From NCBI GenBank assembly GCA_021818875.1, contig JAKASW010000003.1, positions 1-44,141 on the forward strand: 44,141 nt of DNA, in the 5' to 3' direction. This document shows positions 26,001-34,532 of this stretch, one piece after another. Position 1 is the first letter of the stretch; each line of letters starts with the position of its first letter. Source of the stretch: Bacteroidota bacterium. Lineage in GTDB: Bacteria > Bacteroidota > Ignavibacteria > Kryptoniales > JAKASW01. The translations under genes and the position numbers were made by a program. Below the pieces are notes generated by a model that ran no database searches, was not told the origin of the DNA, and worked only from the letters and a program-made list of their open reading frames with translations.

Positions 26001-27317
26001 TCATGCGTAAATTTCTCTTTTGAGCTTGTCCCAGTCTTTCTTTCTCATCCTGACTCTCAGTTGGAGCCCGCCGTCCTGCCCGCTCTTTCCGCCGGTTTCC
26101 GACGACTGTACATTTTCCGCCACAGAAAGTATCTTCGCGAGTTTCTCCGATTGAGTAGATTTTATTCGAAACGATCTTTCAATCATGTCCGCACCCATCA
26201 GGGCAAGCATCCGTTCTTTCAATTGACCCAGGTTAATTTGTCTCGCTGCCGAAATAGCAACAGAACTGTCGCTGTACTCGTGAAGCACGCTTCTCACAAT
26301 TCCGAAATCGGAGATCCGATCGACTTTGTTGAAGACAAGCACCTTCGGCTTTGCACTGCATCCCAGGAAGGCAAGTGTTTCGTTCACTATGTCGATTTGT
26401 TCTCTGAATGTCGGGCTTGATATATCGACCACATGCACTATGAAATCGGCAAATTTCACTTCCTCAAGCGTGGATTTGAAGGATGCGACAAGATCAGATG
26501 GCAGCTTGCGGATAAAACCTACCGTATCTACAAGAAGACACTGGATGGATTGTGTAAGGAAGACCTTCCTTGTAAACGTATCTAACGTCGCAAACAGACG
26601 ATCCTCAACGAAAGTTTCCGAGCCGCTCAATGCGTTCATGAGAGTCGACTTGCCAGCATTCGTGTAACCGACAAGAGCAAATTTGCGAAGCTCACTGCGC
26701 CTCGACCTTCTCAATTCACGCTGATGAGTTATGGAATCCAGCTTCTGTCGGAGTGTGGATATTCTCTTCTTGATGGCGCGCCGGTCCATTTCGATCTGTT
26801 TCTCGCCGGGACCCCTCGTTCCGATGATCCCATATTGCTTAGAGAAATGTTGCCATCTACCTGCAAGTCTCGACAGGTTGTACTTGAGCTGCGCCATCTC
26901 GACTTGAAGCTTTGCCTCATGTGTCCTCGCCCGCAGCGCAAAGATATCGAGGATCAGACCGCTCCTGTCGAGGACGCGTTTGCCGATGACGTTTTCCAGA
27001 TTCCGAATCTGTACCCCGGAAAGGTCGTCGTCAAAGATAACCAGGTTGACATCCTCAGCTTCTGCAATTGACTTAATTTCTTCAGCTTTTCCCTTCCCGA
27101 CAAAATAGGCGGGATCAGGAGATTGCCTTTCCTGGAATACCTTCCGCACGGCTTGAGCACCGGCCGTATCCGCAAGCAAAATCAGTTCTTCCACGTATTC
27201 ATCGACTTCGACGCGTTCATCTTTACCAAAGACAACCCCGATGACGAGTGCCCGATCCTTAGAATTACCGGTTGAAATCAACTTAGTTTGTTTCACCTCC
27301 GTTTTCTTCAACAACAA
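26001..27317 (-). CDS. hflX: Ribosome-splitting GTPase HflX
   Basis: GKGKAEEI, LILDIFALRARTHEAKLQVE, TRGPGEKQIEMDRR, G1 VGYTNAGKST, LFATLD, DTVGFIRKLP and NKVD. Confidence 0.97.
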   Translation of the reverse strand: MLLKKTEVKQTKLISTGNSKDRALVIGVVFGKDERVEVDEYVEELILLADTAGAQAVRKVFQERQSPDPAYFVGKGKAEEIKSIAEAEDVNLVIFDDDLSGVQIRNLENVIGKRVLDRSGLILDIFALRARTHEAKLQVEMAQLKYNLSRLAGRWQHFSKQYGIIGTRGPGEKQIEMDRRAIKKRISTLRQKLDSITHQRELRRSRRSELRKFALVGYTNAGKSTLMNALSGSETFVEDRLFATLDTFTRKVFLTQSIQCLLVDTVGFIRKLPSDLVASFKSTLEEVKFADFIVHVVDISSPTFREQIDIVNETLAFLGCSAKPKVLVFNKVDRISDFGIVRSVLHEYSDSSVAISAARQINLGQLKERMLALMGADMIERSFRIKSTQSEKLAKILSVAENVQSSETGGKSGQDGGLQLRVRMRKKDWDKLKREIYA

Positions 27318-27329
27318 CAGATAATTTAC

Positions 27330-27410
27330 TCAGTTCCACCAAACCGTTCCAATGGCCGCTAGGCCAAGCAATGTGATCACAATTCCGGTGAAGAAATTTA
27401 CCAATGGCAC
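27330..27410 (-). CDS. Putative 26-aa single-TM small protein immediately upstream of hflX
   Basis: GGAG then GTG-PLVNFFTGIVITLLGLAAIGTVWWN-TGA, ending 12 nt before the hflX start. Below the ORF-track cutoff. Confidence 0.35.
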   Translation of the reverse strand: MPLVNFFTGIVITLLGLAAIGTVWWN

Positions 27411-27424
27411 TAATCTCCGTTTTT

Positions 27425-27506
27425 CCCGGAATCGAATTCCACGAATCCTCGCTCGATATTCGTGACGATGGAAAACCAATTGTGATTCATTCGTGCTGTT
27501 CGTGTT
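27425..27506. repeat. Decayed CACGAAT/ATTCGTG-type inverted short-repeat element
   Basis: GGAATCGAATTCCACGAATCC faces ATTCGTG and ATTCATTCGTGCTGTTCGTGTT units in the BatA-hflX gap. Confidence 0.45.
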
Positions 27507-27523
27507 CAGAAAAACCCATTAAA

Positions 27524-29692
27524 TCACGTTGCCGGATTTTCAGAACCAATCTTCTTCCCGGGTTCAGTCCGACCCGAAAAAGCCTTCGTCCTGGAAATGA
27601 AAATCTCCAATATCAGAAAAACCAGAGCAAGTCCTGCAAAAAAGGAAGACAGGTCCTGGCCTACATCAAGCTTCTCGACAGCAAAGCCGGAATTGCTTGT
27701 TGCATTCATCACAAATACATTCGGTTCAGCGAAACCAAGTCTTCGTGCGAATGCGACAATCTCAGACCGCGGGGCCTGCGAGACATCGGACGCCCGGTGG
27801 TCAACATTCACCGAGATTTCAGTAATTGTATCATTTCCCACGAGCGAATACGTCCCGAGATCATCCATACCATTCAGCGAAAACACTCCCGTCCCGCCTG
27901 CGTACTTCGGAAAGATCTCCGTCCTGTTTCCGTTTGGTGAAAGGAGATCTGCTTGTTTGATATTCCCGGTGGCCAGTCGGTATTCAATCTTCTGACCGGG
28001 TGTCGTTTCCACCGGAGCGTGCCTGACGGCTGCAGAGTAAAAGAGCGCGCGTTGTACCACTACCGGGAAAAAAGGAGACATCGGGAAGTTGCTCGATGCC
28101 GTGTCTGAAGAGGACGTTACCAGGAACACAAATCCCGATCCGGCCTCCCTTCCCAAAAGAAACGGACCCGATGAAGTACTCATCAAAACGTGGTCAAAAG
28201 GATTCGGGCTGACATCGCAGCCGGAGTATATTTTTGTGACGAGCTGGTTTTTGATCTGGTCGGCACTCTCTCTGGAAGAAAACATCCCCGAGAAGAACTT
28301 GTCTCCAACGTCGATTCCTTGAAGTCCGACAAAGCTCCCCGCCGTGTTCGAAAAAAACTTTGTGACCGTTCCCAACCGCATCCGCTCGCACAGGGCGGCA
28401 AATGGTCCACCTTCCGAGATGGGAGGAGCGAAGAGAAGCACTCCTCCTCCACCCTCGACAAAGCGAGTTATCTTCGAGACAAAATTCTCGTTATCCGAAT
28501 ATGACTCCACGACGACAACGTCCAGTCCGGCCAGATTAGAATAAGTAAATGTCTGCGGCGAAAAGACCCTGGTCACTAACTGTGTCGCGTAATTTGCAGC
28601 GGAGTCCGACAGGTCTCCTGAAGGTGAAACGGCGCTTATCGCCTTTAAAACAAAATCTGAAGTCGTATCGCTCGACACGATACCGATGTTCAATTTCTGC
28701 ATCGCATAAAACGAGAAGTAGTACTTGTTATCGCTCTGTATGGAATTGTCTTCGATTTCGACAAAGCCATGATGATATCCACTTGCGGTGACAGTGAACG
28801 AAAGACTTATCTTTTCAGACATTCCTGCGGGTACACTGGCAACTGACTGTGCCACCTTGCGGCTGTCGACGAACAGGGAAACGACCACATCATTTTTCCC
28901 CGAGATTCCGTTATTGTCCACAGTCGCTATGACTTCTGTCGGGACTCCTGCCTCGACCACTGGGTTCGGAAAGAGGACATTAGACACTGAAAGGTTGTCA
29001 TCGGGCAATTTGGCGGTACGAAGGAAAAACAACCGGACGTTTGGAGGAAGCGGTGATCCAGCCTGCGCCTCGGAAATGGAGCCGGCCTCGAATTGCGACT
29101 TCTGAAAATCACCGACGAGATAAATGTCTTTGCTTGCGAACCCGGCACTTCTCAATGTGGTCAGTCCAGCGCGCACGGCGGCGGCGTAACCTCCCCAGAC
29201 ATCTGTGGGTTGTGACCTCGCTATCACGGTGGAGAGTGATTTGGGATTGATCGTAGAATATTCCCGCGATGTATCACCATTGTCGGAAGTAAAGAGAAGG
29301 CTCACGTAATCACCGAGATGAAAGTGGCTCAGCAGGCTTATTGCTGCGGCCTTTTCCTGGGAATATACTTTTCCGAATTCATTTCTGACTGTGGTCGATG
29401 GTGAGTTATCAATTATGAGAACCGATGCACTCTTTGAATTCACTCCGGCAATGCCCTTTATCGCGGGCCGGGCGAATGCCATAACAAGTGCAGCTATCGC
29501 GAGTGTTCTGACGAGGAGGAGAAGATAATCACGAAGTCTAACCTTTCGCGCCGATGCATGCTGGATCTCTTTCAGAAATCTGATGGAAGAGAAATCGACC
29601 TGACGAAGCCTCTTAAGCTGGAGAAGGTGAATGAGGACCGGTATCCCCGCGGCAACCAGTCCGAAAAGCACTAACGGATTGAGAAACGTCAT
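27524..29692 (-). CDS. BatA N-terminal domain / vWA-like membrane-anchored protein with CARDB-like and GATase-like regions
   Basis: MTFLNPLVLFGLVAAGIPVLIHLL..FSSIRFL..LLLLVRTLAIAALVMAFARP (BatA), IIDNSPS (MIDAS-like), GDFQ, DNKYYFS and C-terminal TM (LVFLILEIFI). Confidence 0.88.
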   Translation of the reverse strand: MTFLNPLVLFGLVAAGIPVLIHLLQLKRLRQVDFSSIRFLKEIQHASARKVRLRDYLLLLVRTLAIAALVMAFARPAIKGIAGVNSKSASVLIIDNSPSTTVRNEFGKVYSQEKAAAISLLSHFHLGDYVSLLFTSDNGDTSREYSTINPKSLSTVIARSQPTDVWGGYAAAVRAGLTTLRSAGFASKDIYLVGDFQKSQFEAGSISEAQAGSPLPPNVRLFFLRTAKLPDDNLSVSNVLFPNPVVEAGVPTEVIATVDNNGISGKNDVVVSLFVDSRKVAQSVASVPAGMSEKISLSFTVTASGYHHGFVEIEDNSIQSDNKYYFSFYAMQKLNIGIVSSDTTSDFVLKAISAVSPSGDLSDSAANYATQLVTRVFSPQTFTYSNLAGLDVVVVESYSDNENFVSKITRFVEGGGGVLLFAPPISEGGPFAALCERMRLGTVTKFFSNTAGSFVGLQGIDVGDKFFSGMFSSRESADQIKNQLVTKIYSGCDVSPNPFDHVLMSTSSGPFLLGREAGSGFVFLVTSSSDTASSNFPMSPFFPVVVQRALFYSAAVRHAPVETTPGQKIEYRLATGNIKQADLLSPNGNRTEIFPKYAGGTGVFSLNGMDDLGTYSLVGNDTITEISVNVDHRASDVSQAPRSEIVAFARRLGFAEPNVFVMNATSNSGFAVEKLDVGQDLSSFFAGLALVFLILEIFISRTKAFSGRTEPGKKIGSENPAT

Positions 29693-30255
29693 CGCTGTCT
29701 ACCGCCGTGCTTCCCGGAATTCCACGGGACATCCGCCACATTCTCCACCACGTTTGCATACCGCGCCAACTCGAATAGAAGATCCGACAGGCGGTTAAGG
29801 TAAATGACCGTGTGCTCCGATACCTCGCCGGATCTGCAGAGCGTCACGACAAGTCGCTCTGCTCTGCGACATACGCTTCTCGCGTGGTGCAGCATCGCCG
29901 CAGTCTTCGAGCCTCCCGGAAGAATGAACGACTTCAGCGGCGAAAGCCTCTCGTCTATGCTGTCGATAATTCTCTCAAGAGACACTGCGTCATCTGGAAT
30001 TATTCTTGTTGTGCCGTCTTCGTTCACGCCAGGGGGCGCCGCAAGATCAGCACCGAGAACGAAGAGTCGATTCTGAATATCGGTCAAGATTTGGATAATC
30101 TCGTGGTCCTTAGCGAACGCAAGCGCGACCCCGACGACGGAATTTAGCTCGTCCACAGTTCCGTATGCATCGATCCTCGGGGCGTCTTTCGGTACGCGGC
30201 TTCCCCCGAAAAGTCCCGTATCACCTTTATCCCCTGTCTTTGTGTAAATCTTCAA
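29689..30255 (-). CDS. pduO: PduO-type ATP:cob(I)alamin adenosyltransferase
   Basis: (M)KIYTKTGDKGDTGLFGG.RV.K, AYGTVDELNS, IQNRLFVLGADLA, FILPGG, ARSVCRRAER and YLNRLSDLLF. TTG start at 30255 overlaps the upstream stop. Confidence 0.93.
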   Translation of the reverse strand: MKIYTKTGDKGDTGLFGGSRVPKDAPRIDAYGTVDELNSVVGVALAFAKDHEIIQILTDIQNRLFVLGADLAAPPGVNEDGTTRIIPDDAVSLERIIDSIDERLSPLKSFILPGGSKTAAMLHHARSVCRRAERLVVTLCRSGEVSEHTVIYLNRLSDLLFELARYANVVENVADVPWNSGKHGGRQR

Positions 30256-31112
30256 ATTGCTGTAAGTCTTTCGATCTCGATGGATAATTCCATAAGTACG
30301 TTGGCCTTCGGCTGGTCGTCCGCAGCCGAGAAAGCACGCGCCAGATTGCGACACGTCCGCGCAAGAATTTCCATGTCGGAAGAGTTCCTCAGGTATCGCG
30401 GCTCAAAAGGAAATCCCATTTCGCCGATGAACTCCTCCGCATCAGCTCTCGACATGACTTTGCCGCCGTTAAAAACATCGACATAAATTTCTTTTCCTTC
30501 AAGCACAAACTTCACGAGGAAATGCGCCGGCGCTCCGACTCCGTAGACGGGGAGATTGAGACGTCGGCCGACAAGAAGATAAATCAAACCGAGCGTGATG
30601 GGAATACCGCGGCGGGTCGCCAACACTCGGTGAAGAACGCTATTGTCAGGGTTGTAGTAATCTTTGGAATTTCCGGCAAAGCCCAGCTCGACAAGAAAGA
30701 AATCGTTGACCGACTGGACAGTGTCATACGGATTGTCCGGGGCAGAGATTCTCTTGCCGAGCTCCTTCGCCAGTTCATTCAAATGAGATTCCACATCGGC
30801 AAAGTCTACGTCGGGGTACAGCGGCCTGGCGAGAAAAAACAGTGCACGTTCCAGCGAAAAGCCGGGCTGCGAGATGTAGTCCATCAGGAGATCGTACTCA
30901 CGCTGGAGCTTATCAAGGTGAATCCTTGAAATCAGCCTCTCGATTCTATCCTTCACATGAAGTTCGGAGTTGTCCTTCTCTACTTCCAGTAAGCGGACAA
31001 CATCCGTCCCCCCGTCGAGAAGCTCTTTTTCAACTGCATCAAGCACCTGTGGGTCGTCATCATCGAGAAGCTTCATCAGAGCGCGAAACTTCGGATAGGT
31101 TTCCTGGTTCAC
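30252..31112 (-). CDS. SirB1-family transglutaminase-like protein
   Basis: ALMKLLDDDD, GFAGNSKDYYNPDNS.LHRVL..RRGIPITL, GVGAPAHFLV and YVDVFNGG. Probable GTG start at 31112. Confidence 0.85.
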   Translation of the reverse strand: MNQETYPKFRALMKLLDDDDPQVLDAVEKELLDGGTDVVRLLEVEKDNSELHVKDRIERLISRIHLDKLQREYDLLMDYISQPGFSLERALFFLARPLYPDVDFADVESHLNELAKELGKRISAPDNPYDTVQSVNDFFLVELGFAGNSKDYYNPDNSVLHRVLATRRGIPITLGLIYLLVGRRLNLPVYGVGAPAHFLVKFVLEGKEIYVDVFNGGKVMSRADAEEFIGEMGFPFEPRYLRNSSDMEILARTCRNLARAFSAADDQPKANVLMELSIEIERLTAI

Positions 31113-31125
31113 TTGGTTTACCTTT

Positions 31126-32025
31126 CTATCGTAAGCCGTAGTTCTTCTTGAGCTCCCTCGTGAGAATTTCAAATGCCGTATTAGGATCGTCTGCGAAGCT
31201 AAATAGCTTCAAATCAGATTCTGTGATTGCACCGGCTTCCACGAGGGCACCGAAGTTCAGAACTTTTTTCCAATAATCACTTCCGTATATCAACACTGTC
31301 ATTCTCTTTTTTATCTTTCCCGTTTGAAGAAGTGTGAGGACTTCCATCAATTCGTCCATAGTTCCGAATCCTCCCGGGAAAACGACAAGTGCCTTTGCAA
31401 GATAGACAAACCAGAATTTCCGCATAAAGAAGTAATGGAATTCCATGTTCAGATTAGGAGTTATGAAGGGATTCGGATACTGTTCATGTGCAAGGCTTAT
31501 GTTCAGTCCCATCGAGAGTCCACCGGCATTAGAGGCGCCTTTATTTGCCGCCTGCATAATTCCCGGACCGCCCCCTGAGCAGATTACAAACCTTTGCCCG
31601 CCATTTCCGACGAGACTCATCGACCATCTTGTAAGCATCTCGCTCAACTTCACGGCGTCTTCATAATAACGTGCCATCGCCATCCCCGCTTCGGCGAGTC
31701 GCAGTTCCTTCTCAGCTTTCGCTCGATCATGAGCCCCCCGTTCTCCACCTCTTTCAATTTGTTCCATCTTCTTTTCGGCATCTTTGAGTCGCACTCGTGC
31801 CTCGCGAACGTTTGTGTTTCGAGCCGAGCCGAAGAACACAATCGTATCATTGATCTTCAGTCTGCGAAGCCGGGAAAGCGGCTCAAGGTATTCTGAAAGA
31901 ATGCGCACCACTCTGGCGTCCGGGCTGTTCAGAAAGGTGATGTTCTTGTACGCTTTTTGAGGAATAGCAGATCGATGAGCGGTATCTTTTTTTCTCGTAG
32001 ATCGCCTTTCTATTCCATGAAACAC
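31126..32025 (-). CDS. LOG-family (TIGR00730 Rossmann-fold) nucleotide monophosphate nucleosidase
   Basis: VFFGSAR, SGGGPGIMQAANKGA, GLNISL, FHYFFMRKFWF and PGGFGTMDE. Start uncertain (GTG 32025 or ATG 32058). Confidence 0.9.
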   Translation of the reverse strand: MFHGIERRSTRKKDTAHRSAIPQKAYKNITFLNSPDARVVRILSEYLEPLSRLRRLKINDTIVFFGSARNTNVREARVRLKDAEKKMEQIERGGERGAHDRAKAEKELRLAEAGMAMARYYEDAVKLSEMLTRWSMSLVGNGGQRFVICSGGGPGIMQAANKGASNAGGLSMGLNISLAHEQYPNPFITPNLNMEFHYFFMRKFWFVYLAKALVVFPGGFGTMDELMEVLTLLQTGKIKKRMTVLIYGSDYWKKVLNFGALVEAGAITESDLKLFSFADDPNTAFEILTRELKKNYGLR

Positions 32026-32035
32026 AAAATGGTCT

Positions 32036-32785
32036 TCATAGCACAGCCCTTCCTCCATCGACGTAGATGACTTGTCCGGTCACATAATCCGCATGAGCGA
32101 GGTAAAGGACTGCGCCGGTAATATCGTGTGGCTCCCCGTAATGACCGAGAGGGATTTTCTTTTCTTCGAGATGCTTTACTTCGCCGGACTCTTCGCCGGG
32201 GACTATGATTGTACCTGGAGCGATTGCGTTCACGACAATCTTCGGTGCCAGCGCCTTCGATAGCGCCCTTGTCAGCATAATTACCCCCGCCTTCGCAACA
32301 TTATACTCGATATATTCTGTCCACACTTGTAATCCCCCGAGCGAGGCGAAGTTAATCATCTTACCGCCGGACCGTTCCATGGCCCTTGCCGCAGCGCGTG
32401 CACAGTAGAACTGTCCCGTGAGGTTTATGGAGATTACCCTGTTCCACAGCTCGTCGGACAAGTCGGTGATTCTCTTCGGCGGCGGGAATATTGCGGCATT
32501 GTTAACAAGGAGATCAATTTTTGAAAAATGCTGAATCGCATCTTGAAACATTTTGTCTACCTGGTTGGAGTCGCTGATGTCCGCTTTTATGGAGATCGCA
32601 TCGGCACCTGCTCTCTTGATCTCGTTGACTGTCCGTTCGGCCCCGGATGCGGAGTGTGCATAATTAACCGCGATGTCCCATCCATCCCGGGCCAGCGCGA
32701 GCGCCGACTGCCGCCCCAGCCTTCTCCCGCCACCCGTGACGAGAGCAACTTTCCTTCTTGCGCCCAATTGAGAGCTAACTGCCAT
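32036..32785 (-). CDS. SDR oxidoreductase, pteridine reductase/FolM-like
   Basis: ALVTGGGRRLG (Arg-Arg as in PTR1/FolM), LLVNNAAIF, YNVAK (YxxxK), LAPKIVVNAIAPG and VTGQVIYVDGG. Confidence 0.85.
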   Translation of the reverse strand: MAVSSQLGARRKVALVTGGGRRLGRQSALALARDGWDIAVNYAHSASGAERTVNEIKRAGADAISIKADISDSNQVDKMFQDAIQHFSKIDLLVNNAAIFPPPKRITDLSDELWNRVISINLTGQFYCARAAARAMERSGGKMINFASLGGLQVWTEYIEYNVAKAGVIMLTRALSKALAPKIVVNAIAPGTIIVPGEESGEVKHLEEKKIPLGHYGEPHDITGAVLYLAHADYVTGQVIYVDGGRAVL

Positions 32786-33287
32786 TCACCCTCTGAGACC
32801 GACGGGAAAAACATTCTGCAACTATCTCCGCCACTTTAGCGAGGTTTACCGAATCGACAGAGTCGAAAGATGAGTAGGACATACTGTCGAGGTCAAGAAC
32901 CCCGAACGGTGTCCTGTCATTGACTAGCGGCACAACAATCTCACTTTTCGAATCTGCATCACAGAAGATGTGACCGGGGAATTCATAAACATTGGGGACT
33001 ATCAAGGTCTTGTTGTCTTTGAAGGAGGTCCCGCAAACCCCGGCGCCTATCTTTATCCTGGTACAAGCCACCTTGCCCTGGAACGGTCCCAATACCAGCT
33101 CTTCGCCACTTAAGAAGTAGAAGCCGACCCACGACGCATGCCGGAGCGATTGTTTCAAAGCTGCCGAGATATTTGCAGCGTTGGCAATGAAATTCTCCTC
33201 ACCTTCTACCAAGGATTCAAGCTGCGGAATAAGGTCTTGATAGATTGTGACCTTGTCTTCCGCGGCGCTTACTCTAATCTCTTCCAT
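32775..33287 (-). CDS. msrC: Free methionine-(R)-sulfoxide reductase (GAF domain)
   Basis: ANAAN, WVGFY, LVLGPFQGKVACTRI..G.GVCG, FPGHIFCD..SKSEIVVP and GVLDLDS. Start at MEEIRV. Confidence 0.92.
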   Translation of the reverse strand: MEEIRVSAAEDKVTIYQDLIPQLESLVEGEENFIANAANISAALKQSLRHASWVGFYFLSGEELVLGPFQGKVACTRIKIGAGVCGTSFKDNKTLIVPNVYEFPGHIFCDADSKSEIVVPLVNDRTPFGVLDLDSMSYSSFDSVDSVNLAKVAEIVAECFSRRSQRVNGS

Positions 33288-33292
33288 ACTTT

Positions 33293-34399
33293 TCAAACGA
33301 AAAACGGCAACGACGAAAGCACCGCGTCGATATTCCGATTCCCGACTCTTACTACGCACTTCGAGCCGGGAACAAACTCCTTAACCGCCAGGTATCCGAG
33401 AGCAATCTCTTTTTCAAGTCCAGGCGACTTCACGGAGCTTGTAATGACACCGATTTCGGACCCTGCGACTCCGGACTTCGCATCAAAGACCTTTGCGCCC
33501 TGCGGGAGCTTGGATGCCGAAATCAAACCCACCAATCGTCGCCTCACTTTGTCATAGGTTTGCAGCCTTGCGATCACTTCCTGGCCGACGTAACACCCTT
33601 TGTTATTGTGGACCGCATCAAGGATATCTACTGTTAGAGGATTTACTTCCTCGTTCAACTCCGTCGGAGAAAGCGGTGTCCCATTTTCAACCCTGAGCAC
33701 ATCGAAAGTCTGCAACCCGGCCGGTGACCCGCCGATCTTTTTCATTTCACCAACTAGCTCCTGCCATGTGTCGCCGGCCGCTTCCTGTTTGACCATTATC
33801 AGGTAGCCGTTCATCATGACGAGGTTTGTCTTTGAGAGAAATATATCACCCGACTTCAGGAATATCCTTATGAAATCATACCGGCGCATCTTCCCGACAT
33901 CGAGAAATGTCTTGTAACTCGAGTGTGCCACGTTCCTCAGGAAAGTTGCAGACTCTGGTCCGGCAAGAAGAAAGAGCACGAGGTCGTTTGCTGCATCCTG
34001 TAGCTTAACATCCTCCGACACAATAAACTTCTCTATCCATTTCCTCACCTTCTCAGAATTCCCCGGACTCGTGAGGACAAGGACACCATCCTCTCGTGCA
34101 AAGACGGTACAGAGATCGACCACCCTTCCCTTTTCGGTGGCCAGGAAAGCTTGTTTCCCCATGCCCGGCCGTAAACCGTTCAGCTCATTTGTGGATATCC
34201 TGTTGAGTAAATCCAGGGAGTCTTTTCCGGAGATAAAAAGTCTTCCAAAGTGAGAAATATCGAAGAGAGCCGCCGCCTTTCTGGCTATTGCGAACTCTTC
34301 ATCCTGAGATAAATATTTCGCGGGGATGCTCGTTCCGTCCACCTCCACCACCTCAGCGCCGAGCTTCTTATGTATCTCAACGATTGCGCTATCAGACAT
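33293..34399 (-). CDS. ygfZ: YgfZ/GcvT-family folate-binding protein (Fe-S cluster maturation/repair)
   Basis: GcvT-like N-terminus (ALFDISHFGRL.ISGKD), signature KGCYVGQEVIAR, and IGVITSSV..IALGY. Confidence 0.88.
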   Translation of the reverse strand: MSDSAIVEIHKKLGAEVVEVDGTSIPAKYLSQDEEFAIARKAAALFDISHFGRLFISGKDSLDLLNRISTNELNGLRPGMGKQAFLATEKGRVVDLCTVFAREDGVLVLTSPGNSEKVRKWIEKFIVSEDVKLQDAANDLVLFLLAGPESATFLRNVAHSSYKTFLDVGKMRRYDFIRIFLKSGDIFLSKTNLVMMNGYLIMVKQEAAGDTWQELVGEMKKIGGSPAGLQTFDVLRVENGTPLSPTELNEEVNPLTVDILDAVHNNKGCYVGQEVIARLQTYDKVRRRLVGLISASKLPQGAKVFDAKSGVAGSEIGVITSSVKSPGLEKEIALGYLAVKEFVPGSKCVVRVGNRNIDAVLSSLPFFV

Positions 34400-34423
34400 C
34401 CGGTGCTCCTCTACTGTTGAGCT

Positions 34424-34452
34424 AATATATTATTGGATGGATTTCCAAGCAA
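34424..34452 (-). promoter_or_regulatory. Putative sigma70 promoter for the ygfZ...hflX run
   Basis: Minus strand TTGCTT-N17-TATATT, followed by a GAGGAG RBS and the ATG at 34399. Confidence 0.5.
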
Positions 34453-34532
34453 TGAATACGAAAGACGGGAAGAACCGCGTCACCCGCGTCCTGACACTAT
34501 GATGGGCAACGACAGAGAAAGACGTGTATCAG

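Noticed and set aside
30256-30354. N-terminal extensions given by the ORF track (pduO here; likewise msrC, aguB, SirB1, phosphohexomutase, brx)
   Set aside because: They overlap upstream genes or lack an RBS; family-typical N-termini begin at downstream starts with better RBS or stop-start coupling.
33293-34399. Glycine cleavage T protein (gcvT) call
   Set aside because: KGCYxGQE signature marks YgfZ, and no gcvH/gcvP is adjacent.
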